64,000 nucleotides of DNA, from positions 897,534 through 961,533 of the forward strand of contig NMRA01000030.1 of NCBI GenBank assembly GCA_002633005.1, given 5' to 3'. Each line of letters starts with the position of its first letter. Position 1 is the stretch's first letter. The notes beneath the pieces are model-generated. The model worked only from the letters and a program-made list of their open reading frames with translations, searched no databases and was not told the origin of the DNA. A program made the translations under genes and the position numbers. This DNA comes from Phoronis australis (lineage: Eukaryota; Animalia; Phoronida). This document shows positions 25,184-35,040 of this stretch, in pieces.

Positions 25184-28100
25184 CTACACATGAACAGGAT
25201 CTTCGCACTTCCTGTGCCGGTGACTCAACTGTTCTGTGCTCCCGTTTAAACTGTGGCTGTTCACAAGTTTCTTCAGCTTGTTTGCAGTTGCTTGGAGCAC
25301 CGGCGTAATCTTCCGGCTTTGAGACCTAGAGGATTTTACATTCCCAAACGATTGTTCGAGCTGCGCGGATAAAAACGAGACCTCAGAGTCGATGCTGAGT
25401 TTTCTAATTTCACCAATGGAGTGCTTGTTTTCTACAGACGCGTAACTGGTTTCACCGCTGACAGTTTCATTTTCAGGCAATTCTTCACCAACTGCCAAAT
25501 CATTTTCGTTCTCTTCATCCGTCTCTTCGAGTATTGTGGGATGTAGCGTCTTAAATTTATTTGTTACGTAATTGTCGCCCAAACCCGTCCAGACTCTCTT
25601 GCTCTGGTCGTTATTAGTATTGGGACAACTTTGGTGCTTTTTTCTCATTTCCAAATCAGGTAAATAGCGACTGAGTGACCCAGTGGTGTGCTGTGTTGAT
25701 AATTTTGGGTTATCTGTTACTCCTTGTTGCATCGTTCTGGATAAAATATCCAAATACACAATATTTGGATTTGCGCTTTTTAGTGGGACATTATGTTCAT
25801 TCAGAGCAACAACGCCACTGCGTCTTCTCTTCGGACTACTGTCACTCAAAACAGCGTTCTGATTTCTGATGGTGGGTAAATCATTCTTAGACTCATGCAC
25901 ATCCATCTCAGAGTGACTGGTTGTTGTACAAAGTTCATTCAAAGATTGCACAGTTGACGAATGGTCTCCATTCACTTGAATCGACAATCCACAGTGATTG
26001 AGAGAACTTTTGGCCATTGCCAAATCAGAATCCATTACATGTTCAACACGGCCTCGTTCCTCCATTTGCTCGTGTTCCATTGTATCAGGTACATCACTAA
26101 AGGCAACATACCTACTGGCAGAGAAAATACTTCTTTCATTATCAAAATGTTGCTCATTTCCATATTGCGTTACCGGGCCGTCGTCTTCACATGAATGATG
26201 ATCACAGAAATCGTCATCGCCCACATCTGTAAGAAAAGGCTTTCTTCTGGAAATCTGTCTGTAGGAAGACTTGCTGTCTTTCATTTTTAGCGTATACGCA
26301 AGCTCAGTGTCTGAATCAGTTACAAAGCCAGTGCTAGTGATGTCTTTATTTTCTACCCTAGCTAACGATATTCTTCTTTGTTCTGGAGAGAACCTCAGCA
26401 CATCGACTGAAGGTAATGGCAAGTTTTTGTTTTCGATATTTTCATGTGAAATCTCAGACATACGAGCACGCCCATGTATCTTGCGTTTTGGAGAACTGTT
26501 ATGTAACTTGTAATGCATCTGTGGCGATCTGCTTCTGGCCGGTCTGCCCATGTACGACGGACTGGTAGGTGGTGATACCTGTTGTCTATCTTTTGGGTAG
26601 GAGAAATTTCCTGTGTGATAGTTTCCACCAGAATTCAAGGAATTTGTCATCTGTGAAGTGGGAGAGGAACACATCGATCGTGGTGATATTGGCGGTGACC
26701 GTGTGTACTGTCTGTTTGGACTAGTTGTCCTCGGTCTGTTTGGGGACGTCAACGAACGTTTTTTGCGTGACTTCACAGGAGGAGATGAAGGAATTCTACA
26801 TTGAAGTTGTAGAAGGTGCATACTGTCCAAAGTCGTCATTGACGCTCCGTGTTTGCTCACGCGCGTGTATCCTTTGTGACGAAGTGGTGTCGGCGAACGT
26901 TGTTGGCAATTGCGAAATTGTCCTGTTTGATCCAGCGATTCACAGTTCCTTGCGTGACTTGTTGAGCAAACATCAGGCTTGTTTTTTGACTTCTCCTCTG
27001 TTCTTAAGGTTTTTTCACTCGTACGTCCTCGTTCCTTCACAGAACAAACGTTTGAATTATTATCTAGACTTACCGTCTCCTTCGGGATGCCCGAACTCAT
27101 ATCGTTGTACTTGAGGCTGAAGTCTCTCAGAGCCGCAATGAAAGCCTCATCGTATCTACTAAAAAAGTCATGAATACTAGGTAAAGTACCTGAGGGTATA
27201 TCCGATTTCTGAAGTAGTCCAACGTTTGTCTGACAACAAGCATCTATTTTCGAGGATGAGGATATTGTGGAGTGATTTTTTTTAGTTGACACATTGACCG
27301 ATTCTTTGCTCTGAGGTACTGCGTAAGGTGTTGTAGATGGAGTGACTTCAGCAGCCGCAACATTATTGTCTACAATCTCTTTGATATCATCTATGTGACC
27401 TGCCACCTTGTCTGTAATATCTTTCATGTTCAGAATGCACACCTCGACATCAGCAACAGACACAGTGTCAGATTTCGCAGATGTTGACATCCCGTCTTCA
27501 CATATAGATCCATGAACACGGTTAACGTGTTGGCCATCTATATCATCCAAAATACGTGTTTTATCATTGACGTCCTGTTCAATGAGTGCATTCGTATCCG
27601 TTTTAATAACACGTGCTTCATTGCTTGCGTCCACATCAAAAGACCCATCACTTTTATTTCTCGATTCCTCAAAACAATTAGAGGACAAATTTGGTGCCTT
27701 TGAAGAGGATTGATTCTTCTTAACAGTTCTGACGTCATCATCTTCACTACTGCCATCAGCTAACTGTATGTCTAGAAGGCAATGTAGACTGCCCTTCCAT
27801 TGATCTAATTCTTCCTTATCCATGTTTGGGGTACCTGGTATTCCCTGAGCTGGAACTCCCACAGATATTTTTCTCAACAATTTCTTCACGCTTTTCTGTC
27901 TTAGGTTTGGCACCATTATTAGTCCAGGAGTATCACAGTTAAAGAACTCTTGCTCAAGCTTTTCAGTCACAATACTCACTCTACGGGACCTTGGTGGTTC
28001 CACAGTGGCCGCGTCGGACTTTTCACTGCTGCAACTGTCCCTGATTACAGTAGTCGTGCTGTACTTACGTTTTTCGTTCTCTCTTGACCATGACCCTTGG

Positions 28101-28561
28101 TCAACTTCAGTATTTGACCTGGTTCTCAAACCGTTACTACTCAAATCGCTATCGTCTGCAGACAGCTGTGAAGCAACACGGTCATTTTTATGTAAGCGCG
28201 CGCTTTTTGGTTTCTTTGATTTGCCTGTTAAAGAATTCATTTCAAATGCTGACTTCCCACCACTTTCTGCGCACACAGTCGACACGGAGCTCCGCGCTCT
28301 ATCTGTTGGATCCACAAACATGCAATGTTTTATTCGTTTCAGTATCTCTTTGAAACTTTCATTGAATTTATCACACATCACGATGTATATGAAGGGGTTC
28401 GTGCAGCAGTTGGTGAATCCGATACAGTGTGTCAACAGCATTATAAAGACGTAGTTGGAGCCGAAGACGTTTTCATCGAACAAGCTGATAAGGTTGATCA
28501 GGTAAAATGGTGTCCACGAGACAAAGAAGAAGAGAGCCACAACAACCACCATCTTGGCAAC
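25184..28561 (-). CDS. GPCR coding exon 3 (TM6, TM7 and a ~1065-aa C-terminal tail)
   Basis: ctccag|GTT GCC AAG; 3378-nt stop-free frame ending ...EDPVHV*. Confidence 0.92.
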   Translation of the reverse strand, partial: VAKMVVVVALFFFVSWTPFYLINLISLFDENVFGSNYVFIMLLTHCIGFTNCCTNPFIYIVMCDKFNESFKEILKRIKHCMFVDPTDRARSSVSTVCAESGGKSAFEMNSLTGKSKKPKSARLHKNDRVASQLSADDSDLSSNGLRTRSNTEVDQGSWSRENEKRKYSTTTVIRDSCSSEKSDAATVEPPRSRRVSIVTEKLEQEFFNCDTPGLIMVPNLRQKSVKKLLRKISVGVPAQGIPGTPNMDKEELDQWKGSLHCLLDIQLADGSSEDDDVRTVKKNQSSSKAPNLSSNCFEESRNKSDGSFDVDASNEARVIKTDTNALIEQDVNDKTRILDDIDGQHVNRVHGSICEDGMSTSAKSDTVSVADVEVCILNMKDITDKVAGHIDDIKEIVDNNVAAAEVTPSTTPYAVPQSKESVNVSTKKNHSTISSSSKIDACCQTNVGLLQKSDIPSGTLPSIHDFFSRYDEAFIAALRDFSLKYNDMSSGIPKETVSLDNNSNVCSVKERGRTSEKTLRTEEKSKNKPDVCSTSHARNCESLDQTGQFRNCQQRSPTPLRHKGYTRVSKHGASMTTLDSMHLLQLQCRIPSSPPVKSRKKRSLTSPNRPRTTSPNRQYTRSPPISPRSMCSSPTSQMTNSLNSGGNYHTGNFSYPKDRQQVSPPTSPSYMGRPARSRSPQMHYKLHNSSPKRKIHGRARMSEISHENIENKNLPLPSVDVLRFSPEQRRISLARVENKDITSTGFVTDSDTELAYTLKMKDSKSSYRQISRRKPFLTDVGDDDFCDHHSCEDDGPVTQYGNEQHFDNERSIFSASRYVAFSDVPDTMEHEQMEERGRVEHVMDSDLAMAKSSLNHCGLSIQVNGDHSSTVQSLNELCTTTSHSEMDVHESKNDLPTIRNQNAVLSDSSPKRRRSGVVALNEHNVPLKSANPNIVYLDILSRTMQQGVTDNPKLSTQHTTGSLSRYLPDLEMRKKHQSCPNTNNDQSKRVWTGLGDNYVTNKFKTLHPTILEETDEENENDLAVGEELPENETVSGETSYASVENKHSIGEIRKLSIDSEVSFLSAQLEQSFGNVKSSRSQSRKITPVLQATANKLKKLVNSHSLNGSTEQLSHRHRKCEDPVHV

Positions 28562-31500
28562 CTGGAGACGTAAATAAACGTTACTACAAGTTACGTTTGA
28601 CACTGTCATGCATGGGGAGAATTTTTTGGAGGGAGGGGAGGGGGGGCGGTTGATGCAGATCGTTTAGAGCTGTCGCAAACATTGGAAATAATGGTTGTGT
28701 TCCCATGCAACACACTACACCCACCAGTGGCAGTGACCAGACACGGTCTTCCTCGATTTCAGTTGATCGTCAACCGCTCCTCACAGACCTCACACGAGTA
28801 TAGGAATGCTCTTATTGAATTATCACGTGATTTGCTAAAGAGAAATGAAAACAAACATTTTCGGACAATGAATTTGAGAATTATTCAACTAGCGAATTGC
28901 TGACATGGGCTTTGTAACAAAGAAACAAAAACAAACATGGTGCTTGACAGCCAGTAACCTAATTTCCATATCCCTGAACATTCTTTTAGCGGCATAACTT
29001 AAAGTTGCATCTTGCCCTGTTTAGTTGGCCAAAAGCGAAAATCAGAATCATAGGCATTTTACTCTCATAAAAATATTGTCATAATATCCCTTGCCGTGAT
29101 AAAATTCTATTTCCGTTAGAACATCGAAACCACCAGCGCTTCATAGTATATTTGGGTTGGCCAGCAATAAAACTGCGAATTCGAAATTGACGCATGTACA
29201 CTTCTTGCGACTTGGGTTGGCAATGGCAATGGAATCCTATCATGGTAAGAAATATTACGAGACCTAATTTCTTGAGATTTAAAAGCCTAATTCGGTTTTC
29301 GTTTTTCAACCAGCTGAGGGCGAAATGCAGCTGTGACGTTTTCCAAATATGACCAACCTTTCGCTTATTTTCCTCAAACAGCAACCATGAGCTTCGTCTG
29401 CCAATTTCTATCTTTTCAACAAACATGAGCAGATGAAGAGCAATCCTGAGACTTGAATAACATATCACCAACAGCGGGATGATGTACATAGTAACGAATA
29501 AAATGATGTGGAACCCTTTCCGAAAATGTCCAGCATTGTGGGCCTGCGGTCCATGGAGCCAGATATCGATATCGTTATACCTGTCCAGACACAGCTGACG
29601 TTCAATGGTTCCGAGATTGCTGTGGAGAATGACCGAATAGCTTTTGAAGTAAACAAAGGGCACGCAGATTACAATAGGCAGCAGCCATATTGTCACAATA
29701 ATGGTAACACGGCGGCACGTACGACTTGCGTGGAGAGAACTGAATGGGTCGATAACTGCTTGGTACCTGCAAGAGAATAACAAAGTTAGGCTGTAGGCAG
29801 ATCGGACGTCTGATTAAAAGGTAGACCAGTTGCCTTAAAAAGAGCATTCACAAAGGCGTCTTATCTGCCATGTGCGTTGTAAGTAATTAGGACAACACTG
29901 ATTTGAAAAAATACAAACATCACGTAAAGAGGTCGGCGATAGACAAGACGTCTGGCGAGCGTTCATTCATGGGCGGCGCAACACTGAAAAAAGTGGTGGA
30001 GGGGCTATAGACCCAGCCCCCTTGTGGTGCAACGCCCATAGAGTGGCGCAGCACTGAAAAAGTAGGGGCTATACCCTCCGCCCAGCCCGCTATGGTGCGC
30101 CGCCCATGTCACATGTGATTTTTTCAGTCGTTAGATCAGACTCCGTTTTGATAAGACGGCATGTGAAAGTTGTATTAGGACCCTACTTATCTTAAAAATT
30201 CAACATCGGAGCAAGTACCTTGTTATGCTATACAACGCCGTGAGTTTCAACTCAGTTTAATATCTTAGTAAAAAACTTGTATACTAATACACTGGCGAAG
30301 AAATCTAAAATTTAAAAGTGATGACAACCAATGTACAAGGGTCGTGGCCTTATGTACATACCGATTACATGATTTGATGTTTAAAAGAACAAATATGTAA
30401 TATTAAAAGGATACCAAACCAGCTTTTGGCCTATTAAAAGATATTATAAACGACTTTTCCATCCAGTTTTCTGGATCAAAATAATACTCCGTAACCTTTG
30501 ACAATTCCTAAAGTATGAAGGAAAATTTGAACTCCTTTTAAATTCTGTTAAATGGGCAAGAGTGACCTACGCTTTTAGCGACTGTGGGAAAAGACCGCCC
30601 ACCAAGGACCGTAATATCCAATTTGTGAGGTAGGGAGTATGAGCTATGAGATTATAGTTCATTCCTGCCTTTGTCTTTCAAAGTAGATGCCAATGATGAA
30701 TGAGCAAGTGACAGACCTAGAATTGGTTAAAATCATCAAAATAGTGTGTGTCTAGCATCCTTTTAAATGTCTCGAAATCATTCATTTGGAACAAAACGAC
30801 GTAACGGGTCTGCAATATGCACACACCGTCCAATACAGTCTGAAACCTGAAACATAAATAGCTTTGCAACGAATCCTAGTTAGGTCATCCATCCCTGGTA
30901 AATATACATGGTAAATTGCTGATTATATAATTGTTCAAATCTCGTGTAAAAAATCTAAATGCTGCTTATGGGATGGACGACATACAGTTGGCTGCAAACA
31001 GTATATAGAGGCACATGATGTTCTGTATTGGACAGACAAAATCTAAGTCCGAGTTTGACGGGATGATTTTATTTACTAATTCCACTTGGAACCTCAGTGA
31101 AAACTCTGAATCCTCGTGAGAACCGTGTGAGAACCGTAAATAGAAATTGCTCCCTTTGATCTTTTCCACGCATGAACATCCAGTTCTTGTTTTGTGTATC
31201 AGTATGATCCTTGTCAGTGACTGAGTACACTCCTTGAAACAGACTCGGTGATCTGCCTAAAATACTTGATTCTCAAAAGAAAAAGTTAGGAGATGAGGAA
31301 GGTCCTTAGTAGCTTAGTAGCTTAGTAAGAACTAAACAGTACAACGGCAATCTAGAGACCAGTCGTTTGATTCCCAGTTGAGGTTCCCATTTTTCTATGT
31401 TTATCAGATATATTTTACTTTTGGCCAACCTGAACGTTTATATATTTACTATGGCCGCTGCCTTGACGTCATTAAAACAAATGCAGACTTCAATTAAATT

Positions 31501-32598
31501 CACATGCGTTGTTGCTCCCATTCATGAAGCAGATGACATTGTTTTGGTTTTGTTTGAAATAAAGGTTGTTGGCGTACTTATTTTCAATTCTGTTTTGCCA
31601 GTAGTGTCATAGAAATTAATCAGTTTTGGAATCAAAGTACACCATTTTCCCAATAATTTAGACTTAAATTGTTGCATTATACCGATAGTTTTAATAGTTT
31701 TCGTTTCTACATTTTACTTTAGAAAATTTCTAAGTCGCATTACTCGTGATAATACGGCGATTTCCCTAAAAATTTGTCAGAATTCTGACATAATTATTTC
31801 ATTTCCAGACATCAAATGGCTAAACCGATCAGCGCCATCTTGAGGCTTGGGGACGAGGCTGATGTTGCAGAAACATTTTGTGAGGCACCAAAACAATTCG
31901 CACAACGCCAACAGCACTACAAAGTCCTCGCTCTGTTCCTATACCGTGCATTCAGTAAACTCGTAAAATGTTACAAATTTAATGGAGAACCCGAAAACAC
32001 TCGGACATTAATAAGATCGAATCATTTACGCACTATGCTTCTCAGTTGTAGATGAAGACAACGAAAAACCACAGATTTAGCAGTTTGGCCAAAGCAACCT
32101 AAAATGATTTCCAGACAATCTATATAGGAAGTGTTTGGGATAATTTGAGAAAGGAATTAACAAAATATACCTTTCTATGCTGACAGCAATCAAGGTGAGT
32201 ACGCTGGAGAAGACGAACACCGGCATAATGTATTGAACAGCAGCACACAAGATGTCGCTGTTGAAGATATTCCACTCCATTGGAGCAACATACTCCATCA
32301 ACCTCAGCGGCACCACGAACACCGCGATCAATATATCACTGACCGACAAATTAACAATATAGTAATTCGTCAAATTGTGCAGACTAGGGTTCTTTTTGAC
32401 AGTCCATATGACAAGCAGATTGCCGAGTAAAGCGACGACGATGATGGCGATGTAGAGGATAATGAAGACGATCCGTACTCCAATGAGTTGTGTAAAATCC
32501 AAATAGTCTTCAAAGCATGGCTGACCCATGGAGCAGATGAGCGGTGTAGACAGCAATGGAGTGGTAATGGACCCATTGAGAGTTGATGCCGTCGTCAT
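25184..32598 (-). CDS. Class A (rhodopsin-like) GPCR, neuropeptide-receptor type (QRFP/orexin/CCK/trissin-receptor-like; ligand unassigned), 1404 aa; complement(join(25184..28561,29358..29766,32171..32598))
   Basis: Seven hydrophobic helices with GN (TM1), NLSVSD (TM2), the TM3 Cys, ERY split by a phase-2 intron, W4.50, YIIP (TM5), FFVSWTPF (TM6) and NCCTNPFIY (TM7). N-terminal NGS sequon. Exon lengths 428+409+3378 = 4215 nt, in frame. Confidence 0.93.
29358..29766 (-). CDS. GPCR coding exon 2 (ICL2 to ICL3)
   Basis: ttgcag|G TAC CAA ... CGA AAG|gttggt; encodes YQAVIDPF...EENKRK. Confidence 0.93.
29968..30108. mobile_element. Tandem dimer of a ~70-bp hAT-like mini-MITE
   Basis: TIR CATGGGCGGCGCA / TGCGCCGCCCATG; two gcactgaaaaagt..ggggctata units; same family as 46956-47176. 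Confidence 0.85.
32171..32598 (-). CDS. GPCR coding exon 1 (N-terminus to TM3)
   Basis: ATG at 32598; an acceptor ttacag lies 18 nt upstream (exon starts 32616), implying further 5' UTR exon(s); donor GAAAG|gtatat. Confidence 0.93.
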
Positions 32599-32729
32599 AA
32601 TTTGTCACTTGAGTAGCTGTAATAAAATTAGGGATTTTCTCATAAGAGAAATATTAAATTCAGTGGTAGGTCAATGTTGGCTTTCTGTTACAATCCGTAG
32701 AAAAGACTCTGTAGACGCTATGTACGACA

Positions 32730-32845
32730 GGAGGCAGTGTGGCCTGGTTAATAAGTGCCCGCATTCTTTACTCGAGGTCGTGGGTTCGAGTCCCACCCGG
32801 TCACACTGCTAAACCCTTGAGCCAGGTTTGTAGCTCCTCAGCTCG
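32730..32845 (+). mobile_element. tRNA-derived SINE head
   Basis: A-box-like TGGCCTGGTTAA at ~32740 and B box GGTTCGAGTCC at 32783-32793; no acceptor stem; continues into cccttgagc-type SINE body. Confidence 0.7.
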
Positions 32846-32846
32846 G

Positions 32847-32940
32847 TTTTAACCATATATTAACACAGCATAAAATATTTCCAGGTGATCAGTGCAATGG
32901 GCCCACATGTGAGGCCTGCGCACGTCTGCTACAACGTGTA
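32847..32940. repeat. ~95-bp dispersed repeat, copy 1
   Basis: Near-identical to 37855-37949 (aaatatttccaggtgatcagtgcaatgggcccacatg..aggcctgcgcacgtctg..tacaacgtgta). Confidence 0.9.
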
Positions 32941-33808
32941 ATTTTTATATTTTTATGTACGTCAAGAGACCAAATCCCGAGGCCAACACCCACAAAAACA
33001 TAAAAATAAACACGATAGCCTGGAACTCCAAATTCAGTTTCCGGTTTTTGATACGGTTGGGATCTAGATCACAGAATTTTTAAGACCGGCGATTCAGTGC
33101 ATACTTCTTTCGGTGAAGTCAAATAACAAGGACGTTGGTCTATGAATCATTGAACGGATACTTCATGGTCATTTATACTACGGAAACTCTCCGATATCAG
33201 AACTAACCATTTCCTACACAACAAGTGCGGAGTCAGTGCCGAGCTTTGGAAACGAGTGTTTACCATGGTAATACGAAGTTACTATTATTAAAATAATCCA
33301 AAAACGACGACAGTCTCTCATGAGTACAAAACTGTTACAAGAAAAAACCATTCCATTTCATGCATTTAGCCACACAATTCTCACAAGGTTACGACTCTTA
33401 CTATTAGCCAACTAAACATATCAAAGTAACTATTAGGTAACTAAACATATCAAAGACCCAAAAGAATTCTTACCACTAAATTTCCCAGAGCGTTTCCTTG
33501 CAGAGCTGTTATCGAAGAACGTTTCAAACTTGACAACACCACACGACGCCAATTAAGACGACAAAATAAAATACTTTAATAGCATTTTAAAGATAAGGCT
33601 TTTTCAAAAACTCCAAACCGAGACTGATAACATTGTTTTGGCGCAAAAAGAAAAGCAAATACAATTTCAATAAAATCATTATACTTTAAGGCAACAGATA
33701 AGAAATTTACAAAAAGGATTGTTGTGTTGAAATATTTTAGATTGTGATTTCCATGTTTTATTACTTTGTTTTGGCCTATTAGGCACCCTTTCGGTGAATT
33801 AAAGCGAC

Positions 33809-34029
33809 CATAGGAGGCGTATGACATGGCTTTGGTCGAATACAGGTGTTAACTGCTTCTGCTGCCCAGTCCCCGCCTACTTCACCCCCTTCCTATGTGC
33901 CTCCCTCATATTATTTGCGGATGGTCCACTGCCAGAATATCTTCTTGATCTGTCCGATGTTTTTTAATTTTTGCCCGAATCTGGGTGTTACTGCCCCCCC
34001 CCCCCGTTCCGCCCGCCTAATACCCTATG
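33809..34029. mobile_element. hAT-like MITE with 8-bp TSD
   Basis: Termini CATAGG / CCTATG; flanks aaagcgac / aaaacgac (7 of 8 match). Confidence 0.7.
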
Positions 34030-34684
34030 AAAACGACAACACTATGATTTTGAAGTCGAGATTATTCAATAGAACGACGTTGATACATTCTTGAAGTTTT
34101 GGACAACGGTTTGAATACGAAGGGCAAACATATAACTTTTTATAGAAAACTCCTTGATGTTGGGTATTTAAAAGTATACTAAAGAAAGCCATTATGCCCT
34201 CCCAATTTATGTTTATCGGTGTGTTCGCGCGCAATGCGTGAAGATGTACGAGTTTTATTTGGAAACAAAACACGCACCGCGCGCGCACACCGATAAACAC
34301 AAAATAGGCCAGATAGAAATAATCCCTGAAACCGTGTGTCCTTACATTCTCAAGCAATAATGGTGGAAAACTTAATCAGTGTCCCCAAAAAGGTTTGAAA
34401 CGTTGCCAATCAAATGCCAATGACGTATTCGTGCAAAATACTAAAGCCTTGTGAAACTCGTAAAATTTGTCAAAGTTTCAACTACAAACTATTAAAACCA
34501 ATCAAAACAGAAAACAGCAACAATAAAGGTTCGTTTTGCTTTAAATATATGTTTTAATTAGCAGGCTGTCAACTCTTTCTGTATAAAAAATAGTCCACCA
34601 TAGCTGATGAAATACAAGGCAATGATGTGCTCCATTATCTGCACGAAGTAATCAGTATAGTTCGGTAGCAGCCCTTCGTTCACA

Positions 34685-35040
34685 CTAACTTCGTTAAAAA
34701 CACGACTAAACTTTTTGTTTGCAAGCTTAATGCTGGTACGCACGTAGTCTCGGAACAGCGGGCATCCTACCGTGTGTTGCATTTACACTCTCTGCTTGTA
34801 TGCCCCTCTTCCCGCTGTCATGCACTATTTATTTCGCTATGCATACGTTCATTTCACTCATTGCCTGATGATGAGACATGCAGTCTCGAAATATAACTAG
34901 TGTTTTAATTTCTTAGTTCGTTATGTCTCTCGGTGTTTTTCTCCATACCTGCACACCTGAAGAAAGGAGACTGTTCCGAAACTATCAGCGTACCAGTATT
35001 AAGCTTGCAAACAAAAAGTCTAGTCGCGTTTTTAACGAAA
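34685..35040. mobile_element. Penelope-like pseudo-LTR remnant with inverted arms and hammerhead-like motifs
   Basis: ~70-bp inverted repeat (34690-34758 versus 34971-35039); CTGATGA..GAAA at 34865-34891 and CTGAAGA..GAAA at 34957-34981. Confidence 0.65.
34855..34902 (+). ncRNA. Minimal type I hammerhead ribozyme-like motif (probably degenerate)
   Basis: CTGATGA-t-GAGAC-atgca-GTCTC-GAAA-TATA: intact core boxes and a perfect 5-bp stem II; stem I pairing is poor. Confidence 0.55.

Noticed and set aside
25675-28573. Several plus-strand ORFs (e.g. 28005-28454, 26725-27114)
   Set aside because: Antisense shadows of the GPCR coding exon with no recognisable motifs
32730-32805. Possible tRNA gene
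   Set aside because: A and B boxes are present but acceptor and anticodon stems do not pair; it continues into SINE-like body
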